A stretch of DNA of 43,134 nucleotides, from NCBI GenBank assembly GCA_016777265.1, contig JADHRU010000001.1:1-43134 (forward strand), given 5' to 3'. Both the position numbers and the translations under genes were made by a program. Under the pieces are notes generated by a model, which saw only the letters and a list, made by a program, of their open reading frames with translations, was not told the origin of the DNA and searched no databases. Positions 30,572-39,843 of this stretch are shown here, one piece after another. Origin of the DNA: Synechococcus sp. BS30m-G31. GTDB taxonomy: Bacteria > Cyanobacteriota > Cyanobacteriia > PCC-6307 > Cyanobiaceae. Positions within the stretch are counted from its first letter, which is position 1. Each line of letters begins with the position of its first letter.

Positions 30572-32062
30572 ATGCGTCATTTTCTTATCGCTGCTTTGAC
30601 TGGAGCGGCTTTGTCTTTTGTTTCCAGTCCGTCTCGAGCTCTTGAGCGGCTTGTGTTGCGTCTTCCTTTTCTGGAGACCAGCGTCACGATCAACCTGGGC
30701 GATGTTCAGTCGACATCGGAACTGATTCGTCAAAGCCCTGATTTGGCAGATCTTCAGATGGCTGGTGGAAGCCGTGTGTTTGAGCTGATTGAAAAGGTGT
30801 TTCTTGCTCCGCTGCCTGTGGAAACCAAGGCATTTTTGCAAGGATCCACCGGCCAGCCTTTGCTGGAACAAGCTCTACTGGCGGCAACTGCACTTGTGGA
30901 GCTGGAGGGGATTGCTCCAGATTCCAGTGGTCGCATGTTGACGGATGCTCTGGTTTCGGCTGAAAACATTGGTCAGCCCAATGTTCTTGGCTTCCTGAGG
31001 TCGATGCCTGGGGAGCAAGCATCGATTGATCTTTCTAAGGTTGCCGATGCCGCAAATCGCTTAAAAACCAACTTGGAGCAGGGAGTTGCTTTGGTGCAGG
31101 CCACTGAAGCTGCATCCGTCACTTCAGCTTTAAGGGAACCGTTGCGAGGGGGTTGGAGTCGTGAGGAACGGCGCCTTTCGGTGGACCACCGACCACAACC
31201 GCTACGCCTGCTTGTGTTGAGACCCACTGGCAACGACCTCGATCGATTGGCAGTGATTTCCCATGGTTTGTGGGACGACCCGGAATCGTTTGAGGGTTGG
31301 GGAGAACTGCTGGCTGCCAACGGCTACACCGTTCTTTTGCCCGATCATCCCGGCAGTAATTTCAGCCAACAGCAATCGATGTTGGCGGGCGATAGCCCGC
31401 CCCCAGGCCCAGAAGAATTGCGCATGCGTCCCTTGGATGTTTCCGCTCTTTTGGATGCTGTGCGTGATGGCCGTCTCCTTTCAGGACAGTCGCTCGACAT
31501 CAATTCTGTGGCCATGATTGGCCATTCCTGGGGCGCGACGACATCGCTTCAGATCGCCGGTTTCCAGCCCACAGAGAACAAATTACGGACGCGTTGTGTT
31601 GATCTGAACCACGCTGAACGCAACATCAGCTGGGTCTTGCAATGCAGTTGGCTCTCTGGTGTTGAACAAGCAGCCGCTCTTGACCCTCGGATTCAAGCTG
31701 TCGTGGCTGTCAGTCCGCCATTGCGGTTGCTGTTTGATCCCACCAGTTCCAAAAAATTATTGGTTTCCAAAGTTTTGCTCGTAAGTGGAACAAGGGATTG
31801 GGTCGTTCCCTCGGGTCCTGAAGCGATCACACCAATGCGCGAAACCGGTGCCGCTCAAATGGGACATCGTCTTGTGCTGGTGAAAGGTGCTGACCATTTC
31901 AACTTGCGGAGTTTTCGTGGAGAAGAGCGTCCAGCCCTGATTGGGCCTGTGATTTTGGCCTGGCTGAACGAACAGCTTGGAGTGGACAGTTCCGTCACGT
32001 TTTCCGGTGGTGGATGGGGTGACAGCCAGGGAAGGTTGGTGGATGTGAGTAGCAGTCTCTGA
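30572..32062 (+). CDS. Exported alpha/beta hydrolase with DUF1400-like N-terminal domain
   Basis: Signal peptide; ISHGL, DHPGS, RPLDVS, GHSWG nucleophile elbow, GTRD, ADHF. Confidence 0.88.
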   Translation: MRHFLIAALTGAALSFVSSPSRALERLVLRLPFLETSVTINLGDVQSTSELIRQSPDLADLQMAGGSRVFELIEKVFLAPLPVETKAFLQGSTGQPLLEQALLAATALVELEGIAPDSSGRMLTDALVSAENIGQPNVLGFLRSMPGEQASIDLSKVADAANRLKTNLEQGVALVQATEAASVTSALREPLRGGWSREERRLSVDHRPQPLRLLVLRPTGNDLDRLAVISHGLWDDPESFEGWGELLAANGYTVLLPDHPGSNFSQQQSMLAGDSPPPGPEELRMRPLDVSALLDAVRDGRLLSGQSLDINSVAMIGHSWGATTSLQIAGFQPTENKLRTRCVDLNHAERNISWVLQCSWLSGVEQAAALDPRIQAVVAVSPPLRLLFDPTSSKKLLVSKVLLVSGTRDWVVPSGPEAITPMRETGAAQMGHRLVLVKGADHFNLRSFRGEERPALIGPVILAWLNEQLGVDSSVTFSGGGWGDSQGRLVDVSSSL

Positions 32063-32264
32063 AAGGACGGGTGCTTTACAAACCATTGTGTGGTTCGATT
32101 CGACGCATCCGTCCTGTTCCCAGTATTGACAAGCGATTAGGGGGCTTTGCCGGTTGTTGTTTTCAACCTTCTAACGATTATTTCATTTTTCAATCCTTTT
32201 TCTTCTCTTAGAGAAATCGAACGGCGTTGCTTAAACGCTCGTTTGTTAATTGGGACTGGAGGAA

Positions 32265-34394
32265 ATGGGTCTTCGTTTGTTGCATCTGCACCTGCATGGC
32301 CTATTTCGTTCTGAGGATTTAGAGCTTGGCCGTGATTCCGACACCGGAGGTCAAAGCCTGTATGTGCTCGAACTGGCGCGAAGTTTGGCTATGCGCCCGG
32401 AAGTCGACCGCGTTGATGTGGTGACACGGCAGATTGTTGATCGGCGTGTATCGCCCGATTACGCGCGTTCTGAGGAACAAATCTGCCCAGGGGCGCGGAT
32501 TCTCCGCTTTCCATTTGGACCAAAGCGTTATGTCCGCAAAGAATTGCTCTGGCCGCATCTTGAGCAACTGGCCGATCAACTTGTCTCCCGTCTGAGTCAA
32601 CCAGGGGAGGCTGTGGATTGGATCCATGCTCATTACGCCGATGCAGGCCTTGTTGGTGCCTTAGTGAGTCAGAGGACGGGGATTCCTTTGGTATTCACCG
32701 GCCATTCCTTGGGCCGTGAGAAACAGCGTCGTTTGCTCGAAAGTGGCTTGGATTGGTCGCAGATCGAGCAGACCTATGCGATCAGTCGACGCATTGATGC
32801 TGAGGAACGGGCCCTTGCTCAGGCTGATCTTGTTGTAACCAGTACCCGACAGGAAGCAGATCATCAATACGCCCGCTACGGCCATTTTCAAGTCGATCAG
32901 TCTGCGGTGGTTCCACCTGGTGTGGATGCCACTCGTTTTTATCCCAGTGCCTCGAATCAGGAGCTGGCTGAGATTCAGCCGTTGGTTCAGCCTTTTTTAC
33001 GGGAGCCGGAGCGTCCCCCTTTATTAGCGATTTCCCGTGCGGTGCGGCGCAAAAACATCCCGGCCCTTGTGGAGGCGTATGGCCGTTCACCAGTGCTGCG
33101 GAATCGGCACAATTTGCTGCTCGTGTTGGGATGTCGGGAAGATTCGCGTCAGCTCGAGAAGCAACAGCGTGATGTCTTCCAGCAGGTGTTCGACCTCGTC
33201 GATCGGTTTGATCTCTACGGAAAGGTGGCTTATCCGAAACAGCACAGTCGTGCTCAGATTCCTGCCCTGTATCGGTGGGCGACGAGTCGAGGCGGTTTGT
33301 TTGTCAACCCTGCTTTAACTGAACCCTTTGGTCTCACGCTGCTGGAGGCCGCGGCCTGTGGTTTGCCAATGGTGGCCACGGACGATGGTGGGCCTCGGGA
33401 TATTCAGGCGCGTTGTGAGAACGGTTTGTTGGTGGATGTGACCGATCCTGGTGCGCTTCAGGAAGCCTTGGAGATGGCTGGAAGCGATCCTCTTCGTTGG
33501 CGCCGTTGGAGCGACAACGGTGTGGAGGCCGTCAGTCGACATTTCAGTTGGGATGCGCATGTGTGCCGCTATTTGGCCTTAATGCAGCAGCGGATTGATC
33601 GTTCTTTGGTTTCTGCGCGGTCGACCACAGCCCATCGACCGACATCGGCTCGTTCAAGGATGTTGGTGCTCGACTTGGACAGCAGCCTTGATTTGCCGGC
33701 CGTTGGCCCCCTAAACGATTTGCGAGAGCGACTGCAAGAGGATGCCTTTGCTCAATCCAGTGGTCTTGTCATCCTGAGCGGACGTTCCTTGACACTGGCA
33801 CGACAGCGTTATGCCGAATTGCATTTGCCTGACCCGGATGTTTGGATCAGCAGTGCTGGTACGGAACTGCATCACGGCCCCGGCTTAGACCTCGACCAGG
33901 GCTGGACGCAGCGCATTAACCAGTGCTGGAGCCGACAAGCTGTGCTGAAGGCGATGGAGGATCTTCAGGACCACATCACCCTTCAGGATTCAGACCACCA
34001 AGGTGCTTACAAGGTCAGCTACTTGCTGAAGGAAGCTGATCCAGGCCTGCTGAGCTTGGCGAGACAGCGTTTGCGTCGGGATGGTTTACAGGCTCAACCG
34101 CATTTGCGTTGTCACTGGTTTCTCGATGTTTTGCCCCAACGGGCATCCCGCAGCGAAGCCATACGGTTTTTGGCCATGAGTTGGGGATTGTCGTTTGAAC
34201 AAGTGATGGTGGTGGCCAGCCAGCAAGGGGATGCTGAGTTGATGGACGGGTTGCCGGCCACCGTGGTTCCAGCGGATCATGACCGCTCAATCCAGGTGCC
34301 TCACCATCAACCCAGGGTGTACGTTTCGAAGCGTTCCAGTGTGTCTGCCGTGCTGGATGGCCTCAGTCATTACCACTTTTTACCGACGCGCTGA
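32265..34394 (+). CDS. spsA: Sucrose-phosphate synthase (GT4 domain plus C-terminal SPP-like HAD domain)
   Basis: HGLFRSEDLELGRDSDTGGQ, HAHYADAG, FTGHSLG, NPALTEPFGLTLLEAAACGLP; GGAGGA RBS at 32258-32263. Confidence 0.95.
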   Translation: MGLRLLHLHLHGLFRSEDLELGRDSDTGGQSLYVLELARSLAMRPEVDRVDVVTRQIVDRRVSPDYARSEEQICPGARILRFPFGPKRYVRKELLWPHLEQLADQLVSRLSQPGEAVDWIHAHYADAGLVGALVSQRTGIPLVFTGHSLGREKQRRLLESGLDWSQIEQTYAISRRIDAEERALAQADLVVTSTRQEADHQYARYGHFQVDQSAVVPPGVDATRFYPSASNQELAEIQPLVQPFLREPERPPLLAISRAVRRKNIPALVEAYGRSPVLRNRHNLLLVLGCREDSRQLEKQQRDVFQQVFDLVDRFDLYGKVAYPKQHSRAQIPALYRWATSRGGLFVNPALTEPFGLTLLEAAACGLPMVATDDGGPRDIQARCENGLLVDVTDPGALQEALEMAGSDPLRWRRWSDNGVEAVSRHFSWDAHVCRYLALMQQRIDRSLVSARSTTAHRPTSARSRMLVLDLDSSLDLPAVGPLNDLRERLQEDAFAQSSGLVILSGRSLTLARQRYAELHLPDPDVWISSAGTELHHGPGLDLDQGWTQRINQCWSRQAVLKAMEDLQDHITLQDSDHQGAYKVSYLLKEADPGLLSLARQRLRRDGLQAQPHLRCHWFLDVLPQRASRSEAIRFLAMSWGLSFEQVMVVASQQGDAELMDGLPATVVPADHDRSIQVPHHQPRVYVSKRSSVSAVLDGLSHYHFLPTR

Positions 34395-35558
34395 GCCGTC
34401 CAAAACTTGAACGCACGCTGCCGCCCGATCGGCTTTTGCTCGGACTTCGCTGAGATCTTCCCCACGAGCGAGCGCTACACCCATTCGACGGTTTGGGCGG
34501 GCATCTGGTTTGCCAAAGAGCAGCACTTGTGTTCCCGCTTCACGCAACGCTTGTTCCAGGCCTTCGTAGGCCACTGTTTTGAGGTCGCGGTCGGCCAAGA
34601 TCACGCGGCTTGCTGCCGCGGGTGCTGTTTCTAGCTGAGGAATCGGTAAATTCAGCACCGCTCGGAGGTGCAGTTCAAATTCGCTGAGGTTTTGGCTGAT
34701 CAAGGTCACCAACCCTGTGTCGTGGGGTCGTGGTGACAATTCTGAAAAGATCACCTCGTTGCCGCAGAGGAAGAACTCAACGCCAAATAATCCTGCTCCC
34801 CCCAGGTTGTCGGTCACCGTGCGGGCCATGGTTTGAGCTTGTTGAAGCTGTGCATCCGTCATCTGTGCTGGTTGCCAGCTGCACTGGTAATCGCCCCGTT
34901 CTTGTTCATGGCCTATCGGCGGACAAAAGAGCGTTTCGCCATTGCGTTGCCGAATGGTGAGCAGGGTGATTTCAAGATCGAACTCAAGAAATTCCTCCAC
35001 GATCACTTGCTTGGATGTGCCACGGGCATTGGCCATGGCTGCTTCCCAGGCTTGATCCAGTTGTTCTGGGGTTTGAACAACGCTCTGGCCTTTGCCCGAT
35101 GAGCTCATCACGGGTTTCACCACGACAGGCCAGCCCAGGGGTGCTGAAACCCGTTTGAGTTCTGTGGCGTTTGAGGCATAGGCAAAGCGAGCTGTGCGTA
35201 GGCCAAGGTCTCCAGCTGCCAGATCGCGGATCTGGTCACGGTTCATCGTGAATGCGGTGGCACGGGCTGTCGGGATCACGGTGATGCCGTCTTGTTCGAG
35301 TTCCGCGAGTGCTTCAACAGCGAGAGCTTCGATTTCCGGAATCACCACATCGGGCCGATGGCGTTGAACGACCTCCTTCAGAGCCGTGGCATCGGTCATT
35401 GGGAACACCTCTGATGTGTCGGCCACCTGCATCGCCGGTGCATTGGCGTACCGATCACAGGCGACAACTCTGCAGCCAAGCCTTTGGGCAGCGATCGCCA
35501 CTTCTTTGCCAAGTTCTCCACTGCCGAGCAGCATCACGGTCCGTGGAAATGCAGTCAT
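34380..35558 (-). CDS. purT: Formate-dependent phosphoribosylglycinamide formyltransferase
   Basis: LLGSGELGKE, KPVMSSSGKGQS, ELSPRPHDTG, LFGKP..RPNRRMGVALA. Confidence 0.97.
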   Translation of the reverse strand: MTAFPRTVMLLGSGELGKEVAIAAQRLGCRVVACDRYANAPAMQVADTSEVFPMTDATALKEVVQRHRPDVVIPEIEALAVEALAELEQDGITVIPTARATAFTMNRDQIRDLAAGDLGLRTARFAYASNATELKRVSAPLGWPVVVKPVMSSSGKGQSVVQTPEQLDQAWEAAMANARGTSKQVIVEEFLEFDLEITLLTIRQRNGETLFCPPIGHEQERGDYQCSWQPAQMTDAQLQQAQTMARTVTDNLGGAGLFGVEFFLCGNEVIFSELSPRPHDTGLVTLISQNLSEFELHLRAVLNLPIPQLETAPAAASRVILADRDLKTVAYEGLEQALREAGTQVLLFGKPDARPNRRMGVALARGEDLSEVRAKADRAAACVQVLDGSARR

Positions 35559-35626
35559 CGGAGGTTGGAGTAGCTCAGGTCCTCATCATTGATCAACACA
35601 ACTCCTTCGATGGTTGATGGAGGGAA

Positions 35627-35794
35627 TCAGTTCGATCCCGGTCGTTGGCCATTACGGATAGATCCGATCAGCCAAACAGCGATGAACCCCAAGGAGGAGA
35701 TCCCGAAATAGATCAGTACCCATTTCAAAACGCGATCAGGATCCGCTGCGGCAGTTGAGAGAAACTCTGCAGTTTTTGTGAGCAAGCTCTCCAT
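35627..35794 (-). CDS. Small single-pass membrane protein (55 aa), absent from the ORF track
   Basis: Manual translation MESLLTKTAEFLSTAAADPDRVLKWVLIYFGISSLGFIAVWLIGSIRNGQRPGSN*; TAATG stop/start overlap with the upstream ORF; fills the gap before purT. Confidence 0.78.
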   Translation of the reverse strand: MESLLTKTAEFLSTAAADPDRVLKWVLIYFGISSLGFIAVWLIGSIRNGQRPGSN

Positions 35795-36042
35795 TAGTTA
35801 TCGAGATCCGGAATCAAGGTGAGCTGTCGAACGGGAGACTCTTCACTGATAAAACCCCATGCTTCAAAAACAGTGGGGTCAGGATGAGTGATGCGTTGTT
35901 GTGTTCCATGTCGTTCAACTTGGAACCCTTCGTTGGCCATCCTGCGCATCAGGCTGGCTGATTCCTCGAAACGTGCCGCCATGGCTTCGAGGCTGGAGCA
36001 CTCTGTTGTAAGACCGGATTCCCGCCAGGTGAAGTAGGTCAT
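35794..36042 (-). CDS. Hypothetical protein (82 aa)
   Basis: MTYFTWRESGL...LIPDLDN; ATG 5 nt after the mraY stop, same strand. Confidence 0.78.
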   Translation of the reverse strand: MTYFTWRESGLTTECSSLEAMAARFEESASLMRRMANEGFQVERHGTQQRITHPDPTVFEAWGFISEESPVRQLTLIPDLDN

Positions 36043-36047
36043 TCGGT

Positions 36048-37154
36048 TCAGCCCAAGGGACGAAGCAACAGCCCCAGCACGACGAAAGCGGCAGTGGCCG
36101 TCCAGAAGCATGGCACCAAGATGCGCTCGTTGGTGCCGCCCAGTTCGAAGTGGTGGTGCAGTGGGGCCATGCGGAAGACGCGTCGTCCTTCACCATCGAC
36201 TCCTTTGGTGGCTTTAAACACCCAAACCTGAATAATCACGGACAACGATTCCGCCAAGAAAACGCCCCCCATGACCAGGAGCGGCCAAAGGCTGTTGGAC
36301 AGCAGTGCCACTGCGGTGAGGGCAGCACCCATCGCGAGGGAACCTGTGTCCCCCATAAAGACGCGAGCTGGATGGCGGTTAAACACCAAAAAACCGAGCC
36401 AGGTGCCGGCCATCGTCATGCAAAAGCCAGCGAGGGCAGGGTCGCCTTGAGGGCCACGCAACATCAGTTGAAGCGCTAACCCGGTGAAGACCAGAGCACC
36501 GCAGCCGGAGGCCAATCCATCCAAGCCATCGGTGAGGTTGGTGGCGTTGCTTTCCGCGAGAAAGACGAACAAGCCAAGTGGCCAGATCATCAGGCCAAGG
36601 GGCAGGCCCTGTCCGAATGGCAAAGCAACAGTGCCGCTGATCCATCCCTGCCAGCCTGCGATGGTTAAAAAAACGACGGCCGCTGCTGTTTGCAGCAGTA
36701 ACTTGCCCCGCGGTGTGAGGCCAGTATTGGTTTGTCGTGTGAGGCTGCGCCAATCGTCAAATCCACCGATCAGCATGTACGCCAGGGTTACAGCTGAAAC
36801 GGCCAGGAGTTGTTGTGAGGCTTCCGGTTCGCGCGTGATCAAGCTGCCGAGAATCACCCCAACCGGAACGACCAAGAGGCCGCCCATCGTTGGCGTGCCC
36901 GATTTACTTTGATGCCCGCTGGGTCCCTCTTCTCGAATCACTTGCCCCATCTTCAGAGCTTTGAGACGGGGAATTCCCAACCCAGCAACGCCCATCGAAA
37001 CCACCGTCGCTAGTAGCAAGGGCAGGGTGAGTTGAGAATTGCTGACCCACTTATCCGAGGCAAGACTTGCAGCGAAGACAAACAGAATGAGCAGGGTTGC
37101 ACTAACAGCACCTTTCCCCCACCAGGGTTGGTTGGTCATCTCCGTGGTGGTCAC
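36048..37154 (-). CDS. mraY: Phospho-N-acetylmuramoyl-pentapeptide transferase
   Basis: [44 protein letters not shown]. Confidence 0.97.
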   Translation of the reverse strand: MTTTEMTNQPWWGKGAVSATLLILFVFAASLASDKWVSNSQLTLPLLLATVVSMGVAGLGIPRLKALKMGQVIREEGPSGHQSKSGTPTMGGLLVVPVGVILGSLITREPEASQQLLAVSAVTLAYMLIGGFDDWRSLTRQTNTGLTPRGKLLLQTAAAVVFLTIAGWQGWISGTVALPFGQGLPLGLMIWPLGLFVFLAESNATNLTDGLDGLASGCGALVFTGLALQLMLRGPQGDPALAGFCMTMAGTWLGFLVFNRHPARVFMGDTGSLAMGAALTAVALLSNSLWPLLVMGGVFLAESLSVIIQVWVFKATKGVDGEGRRVFRMAPLHHHFELGGTNERILVPCFWTATAAFVVLGLLLRPLG

Positions 37155-37225
37155 GGGTTTAAGGCTTGGTTCTCGGACCTTAAGGCAGTGACTCAGACCT
37201 GTTCATCGGAAGGCTGAATAGCCAA

Positions 37226-37495
37226 TCAGTCTTGCCACTGCTCTTCATTTTGCTCGTCGGCATTGTTGTAATCCTCTTTTTCCCCCATCAACGCCGAGAG
37301 TTCTTCTTCCTCCACGGTGCTTACTTCAGGCGAGCCAGATTCCTCGTCTGCGACCAGTCGCCCACTTGCTTCGAGCCATGACAACAAATCTGGCTCCTCA
37401 CGCAAAGGCAACACCGGCGCTGGATCCTTCCGTCCGTAACGGGTGAGGGATGGGTTAACGCTGTCTAACGCATTTGTATCAACCAGAGCACCCAT
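37226..37495 (-). CDS. DUF3134-like small acidic cyanobacterial protein
   Basis: NPSLTRYGRKDPAPVLPLREEPDLLSWLEASGRL motif, acidic tail, directly upstream of mraY. Confidence 0.8.
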   Translation of the reverse strand: MGALVDTNALDSVNPSLTRYGRKDPAPVLPLREEPDLLSWLEASGRLVADEESGSPEVSTVEEEELSALMGEKEDYNNADEQNEEQWQD

Positions 37496-37550
37496 GTGCG
37501 ACCCGAGCTCAAACCAATCAATCATCATAGAACATCTACCGACAGGGCCT

Positions 37551-37772
37551 ATGTCCAAACCATTGCTCATCGGGTTGGTGTGGGGTATCGCCTTGTTGAT
37601 CAGTGGCGGACTCCGTTTATGGGGAGAGCTACGGCCCCTTCCCTTGCAAGCGCCCTCAGGCCTTGTTCTGTTGATCGTTTTTCTGCCATCGAGCCTCCTG
37701 GGGGTTTGGCTTGTGTTGACGGCCGCGTCTGGGGTGGACGATGGGACGCGAGAATCAAAGACGTCTGATTAG
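37551..37772 (+). CDS. Small hypothetical membrane protein (73 aa, two TM helices)
   Basis: [16 protein letters not shown]...[20 protein letters not shown]; ends 11 nt before argG. Confidence 0.65.
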   Translation: MSKPLLIGLVWGIALLISGGLRLWGELRPLPLQAPSGLVLLIVFLPSSLLGVWLVLTAASGVDDGTRESKTSD

Positions 37773-37783
37773 GAGAGCCGTTG

Positions 37784-38995
37784 ATGGGCCGCGCGAAAAA
37801 GGTTGTGCTCGCCTACTCCGGCGGGGTTGATACCAGCGTTTGCATTCCCTACCTCAAGCAGGAATGGGGAGTGGAAGACGTGATTACCTTTGCGGCGGAT
37901 CTGGGCCAAGGTGATGAATTGGAGCCCATTCGTCAAAAAGCTCTTGACGCTGGGGCCAGTCAGTCTCTTGTTGGAGATCTGATTCAGCCCTTCATCGAAG
38001 ACTTCGCTTTCCCAGCGATTCGAGCCAATGCTCTCTACGAAGGTCGTTATCCCCTATCCACAGCGTTGGCTCGCCCTTTGATTGCCAAGCGACTCGTGGA
38101 GGTGGCCCGTGAAGTGGGGGCTGACGCAGTGGCCCATGGCTGTACCGGAAAGGGCAACGATCAGGTGCGTTTCGACGTGGCGATTGCCTCTCTTGCGCCA
38201 GACCTCAAGGTGTTGACGCCCGCAAGGGAATGGGGAATGAGCCGCGAAGAAACGATTGCCTATGGCGAGCGTTTTGGTATGCCATCGCCGGTGAGCAAAA
38301 AATCGCCTTACTCGATTGATCTCAATTTGTTGGGGCGCAGCATTGAGGCGGGTCCCTTGGAAGATCCGATGGTGGCGCCTCCAGAAGAGGTGTTCGCGAT
38401 GACACGCTCGATCACGGATGCGCCTGACGCATCTGAAGAAATCGAGATCAGGTTTGAGAACGGTAATCCCGTGGCGATTAATGGCCAGAACTTGGATCCG
38501 GTCGCGATGATTCGCGAGGCCAATCGTTTGGCAGGGACCCATGGCATTGGTCGTCTCGACATGATTGAAAACCGTGTGGTGGGAATCAAATCAAGGGAGA
38601 TCTACGAAACCCCAGGTCTGTTGTTGTTAATTCAGGCGCATCAGGAACTCGAGAGTCTCACCCTGGCGGCTGATGTTCTCCGCAGCAAACGTCAGTTGGA
38701 GATGCAGTGGGCAGATTTGGTGTATCAGGGCTTGTGGTTTGGCCCTCTTAAAGATGCCTTGGATGGCTTCATGGATCGCACACAAGAGCATGTCAACGGT
38801 TTGGTGCGTTTAAGACTGCATAAGGGCAACGCAATCGTGATCGGGCGAGGCTCCAGCGATAGCAGCTTGTATGTGCCTGAGATGGCGTCCTACGGCAGTG
38901 AGGATCAATTTGATCATCGGGCTGCTGAGGGATTTATTTATATCTGGGGATTGCCGATCCGTCTTTGGGCTGCTTCGAAGCGTTCGTCACGCTGA
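37784..38995 (+). CDS. argG: Argininosuccinate synthase
   Basis: [41 protein letters not shown]; AGGAG RBS. Confidence 0.97.
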   Translation: MGRAKKVVLAYSGGVDTSVCIPYLKQEWGVEDVITFAADLGQGDELEPIRQKALDAGASQSLVGDLIQPFIEDFAFPAIRANALYEGRYPLSTALARPLIAKRLVEVAREVGADAVAHGCTGKGNDQVRFDVAIASLAPDLKVLTPAREWGMSREETIAYGERFGMPSPVSKKSPYSIDLNLLGRSIEAGPLEDPMVAPPEEVFAMTRSITDAPDASEEIEIRFENGNPVAINGQNLDPVAMIREANRLAGTHGIGRLDMIENRVVGIKSREIYETPGLLLLIQAHQELESLTLAADVLRSKRQLEMQWADLVYQGLWFGPLKDALDGFMDRTQEHVNGLVRLRLHKGNAIVIGRGSSDSSLYVPEMASYGSEDQFDHRAAEGFIYIWGLPIRLWAASKRSSR

Positions 38996-39334
38996 TCGCT
39001 TTCTGGATCTTAGAAACGACATCAGCTTGATCCCCGGAAAACGCACCACGTTGTCCGGGGATTTTGTGGATTGCAGTAAGGGAGTTTCAGCTGTCGTTGC
39101 GTTCTTCTGTTGCTGTTCAGAGAGCAGCTGGTAGCGCTCCAAAATGGGTGCCAGACGTTCTTGGAACTTGCGTTCAAACAAATCGGGTAATTCATTGAGC
39201 AAGGCGTCGTAAGCAGCCACTTGCTGCTCAAGCTCTTCGATGCGTTGCTCTAGAAATTTGTCGTGATTGGTCGAAGTTGGAGGCTCCAACCACTGCGGTT
39301 CAGATGCTTGAGCGTTGGAGTGAATCGGATCCAT
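38987..39334 (-). CDS. Hypothetical coiled-coil protein (115 aa)
   Basis: [34 protein letters not shown] heptad pattern; fills the argG-rpsF gap. Confidence 0.72.
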   Translation of the reverse strand: MDPIHSNAQASEPQWLEPPTSTNHDKFLEQRIEELEQQVAAYDALLNELPDLFERKFQERLAPILERYQLLSEQQQKNATTAETPLLQSTKSPDNVVRFPGIKLMSFLRSRKRSA

Positions 39335-39361
39335 GAACGGACGTTATCGCCCGTTCATGGA
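39330..39361. repeat. Perfect 11-bp inverted repeat / hairpin between rpsF and the downstream ORF
   Basis: tccatgaacgg (39330-39340) and ccgttcatgga (39351-39361). Confidence 0.85.
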
Positions 39362-39375
39362 GACAACAACTGCCC

Positions 39376-39756
39376 TTAGGAGGCTTCTGGTTCTGGGGTT
39401 TCTGTTGCCGGAGCTGGTGCAGGAGCTTCTGTGCCGGGCACGACGCGCGGTGCAGGTAGAGGGCCTTCTTGCTTCACGGTGAGGTAGCGAATCACGTCTT
39501 CGCTAATACGCATGGCTTTTTCCAGCACTTCAACCTGCTGTCCATCACCGTTATGGCTGAGTTGCACGTAGATGCCTTCTTTGTGCTTTGCGATCGGATA
39601 AGCGAGTCGTCGCTTGCCTCGCATTTGGTTGTCGAGAACCTCGGCACCGGTTTCCACGATCATGTCGCGGTACTTGGTGACGTGGCTTTCCACTTCCTCC
39701 TCCGGAATATCCGGACGGAGGATGTACATGGTCTCGTAATACGGATCGAGCGTCAT
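39376..39756 (-). CDS. rpsF: 30S ribosomal protein S6
   Basis: [26 protein letters not shown]. Confidence 0.97.
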   Translation of the reverse strand: MTLDPYYETMYILRPDIPEEEVESHVTKYRDMIVETGAEVLDNQMRGKRRLAYPIAKHKEGIYVQLSHNGDGQQVEVLEKAMRISEDVIRYLTVKQEGPLPAPRVVPGTEAPAPAPATETPEPEAS

Positions 39757-39843
39757 GGGCTGTGCCGGCGGTGGGACTTCAGGCTCACCGAAGTGAGCGA
39801 CGGATCCAACACCTTATCCCTTTGCGCGCACAGCAATCGATCT

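Noticed and set aside
32126-32154. Perfect TTGACA as the -35 element of spsA
   Set aside because: No plausible -10 hexamer 16-18 nt downstream
35491-35498. HIP1 octamer GCGATCGC
   Set aside because: An isolated copy with no visible enrichment in the window, as expected for marine Synechococcus
35559-35626. Possible purine/ZTP riboswitch or terminator upstream of purT
   Set aside because: Only 68 nt, with a weak mismatched hairpin and no recognisable aptamer consensus
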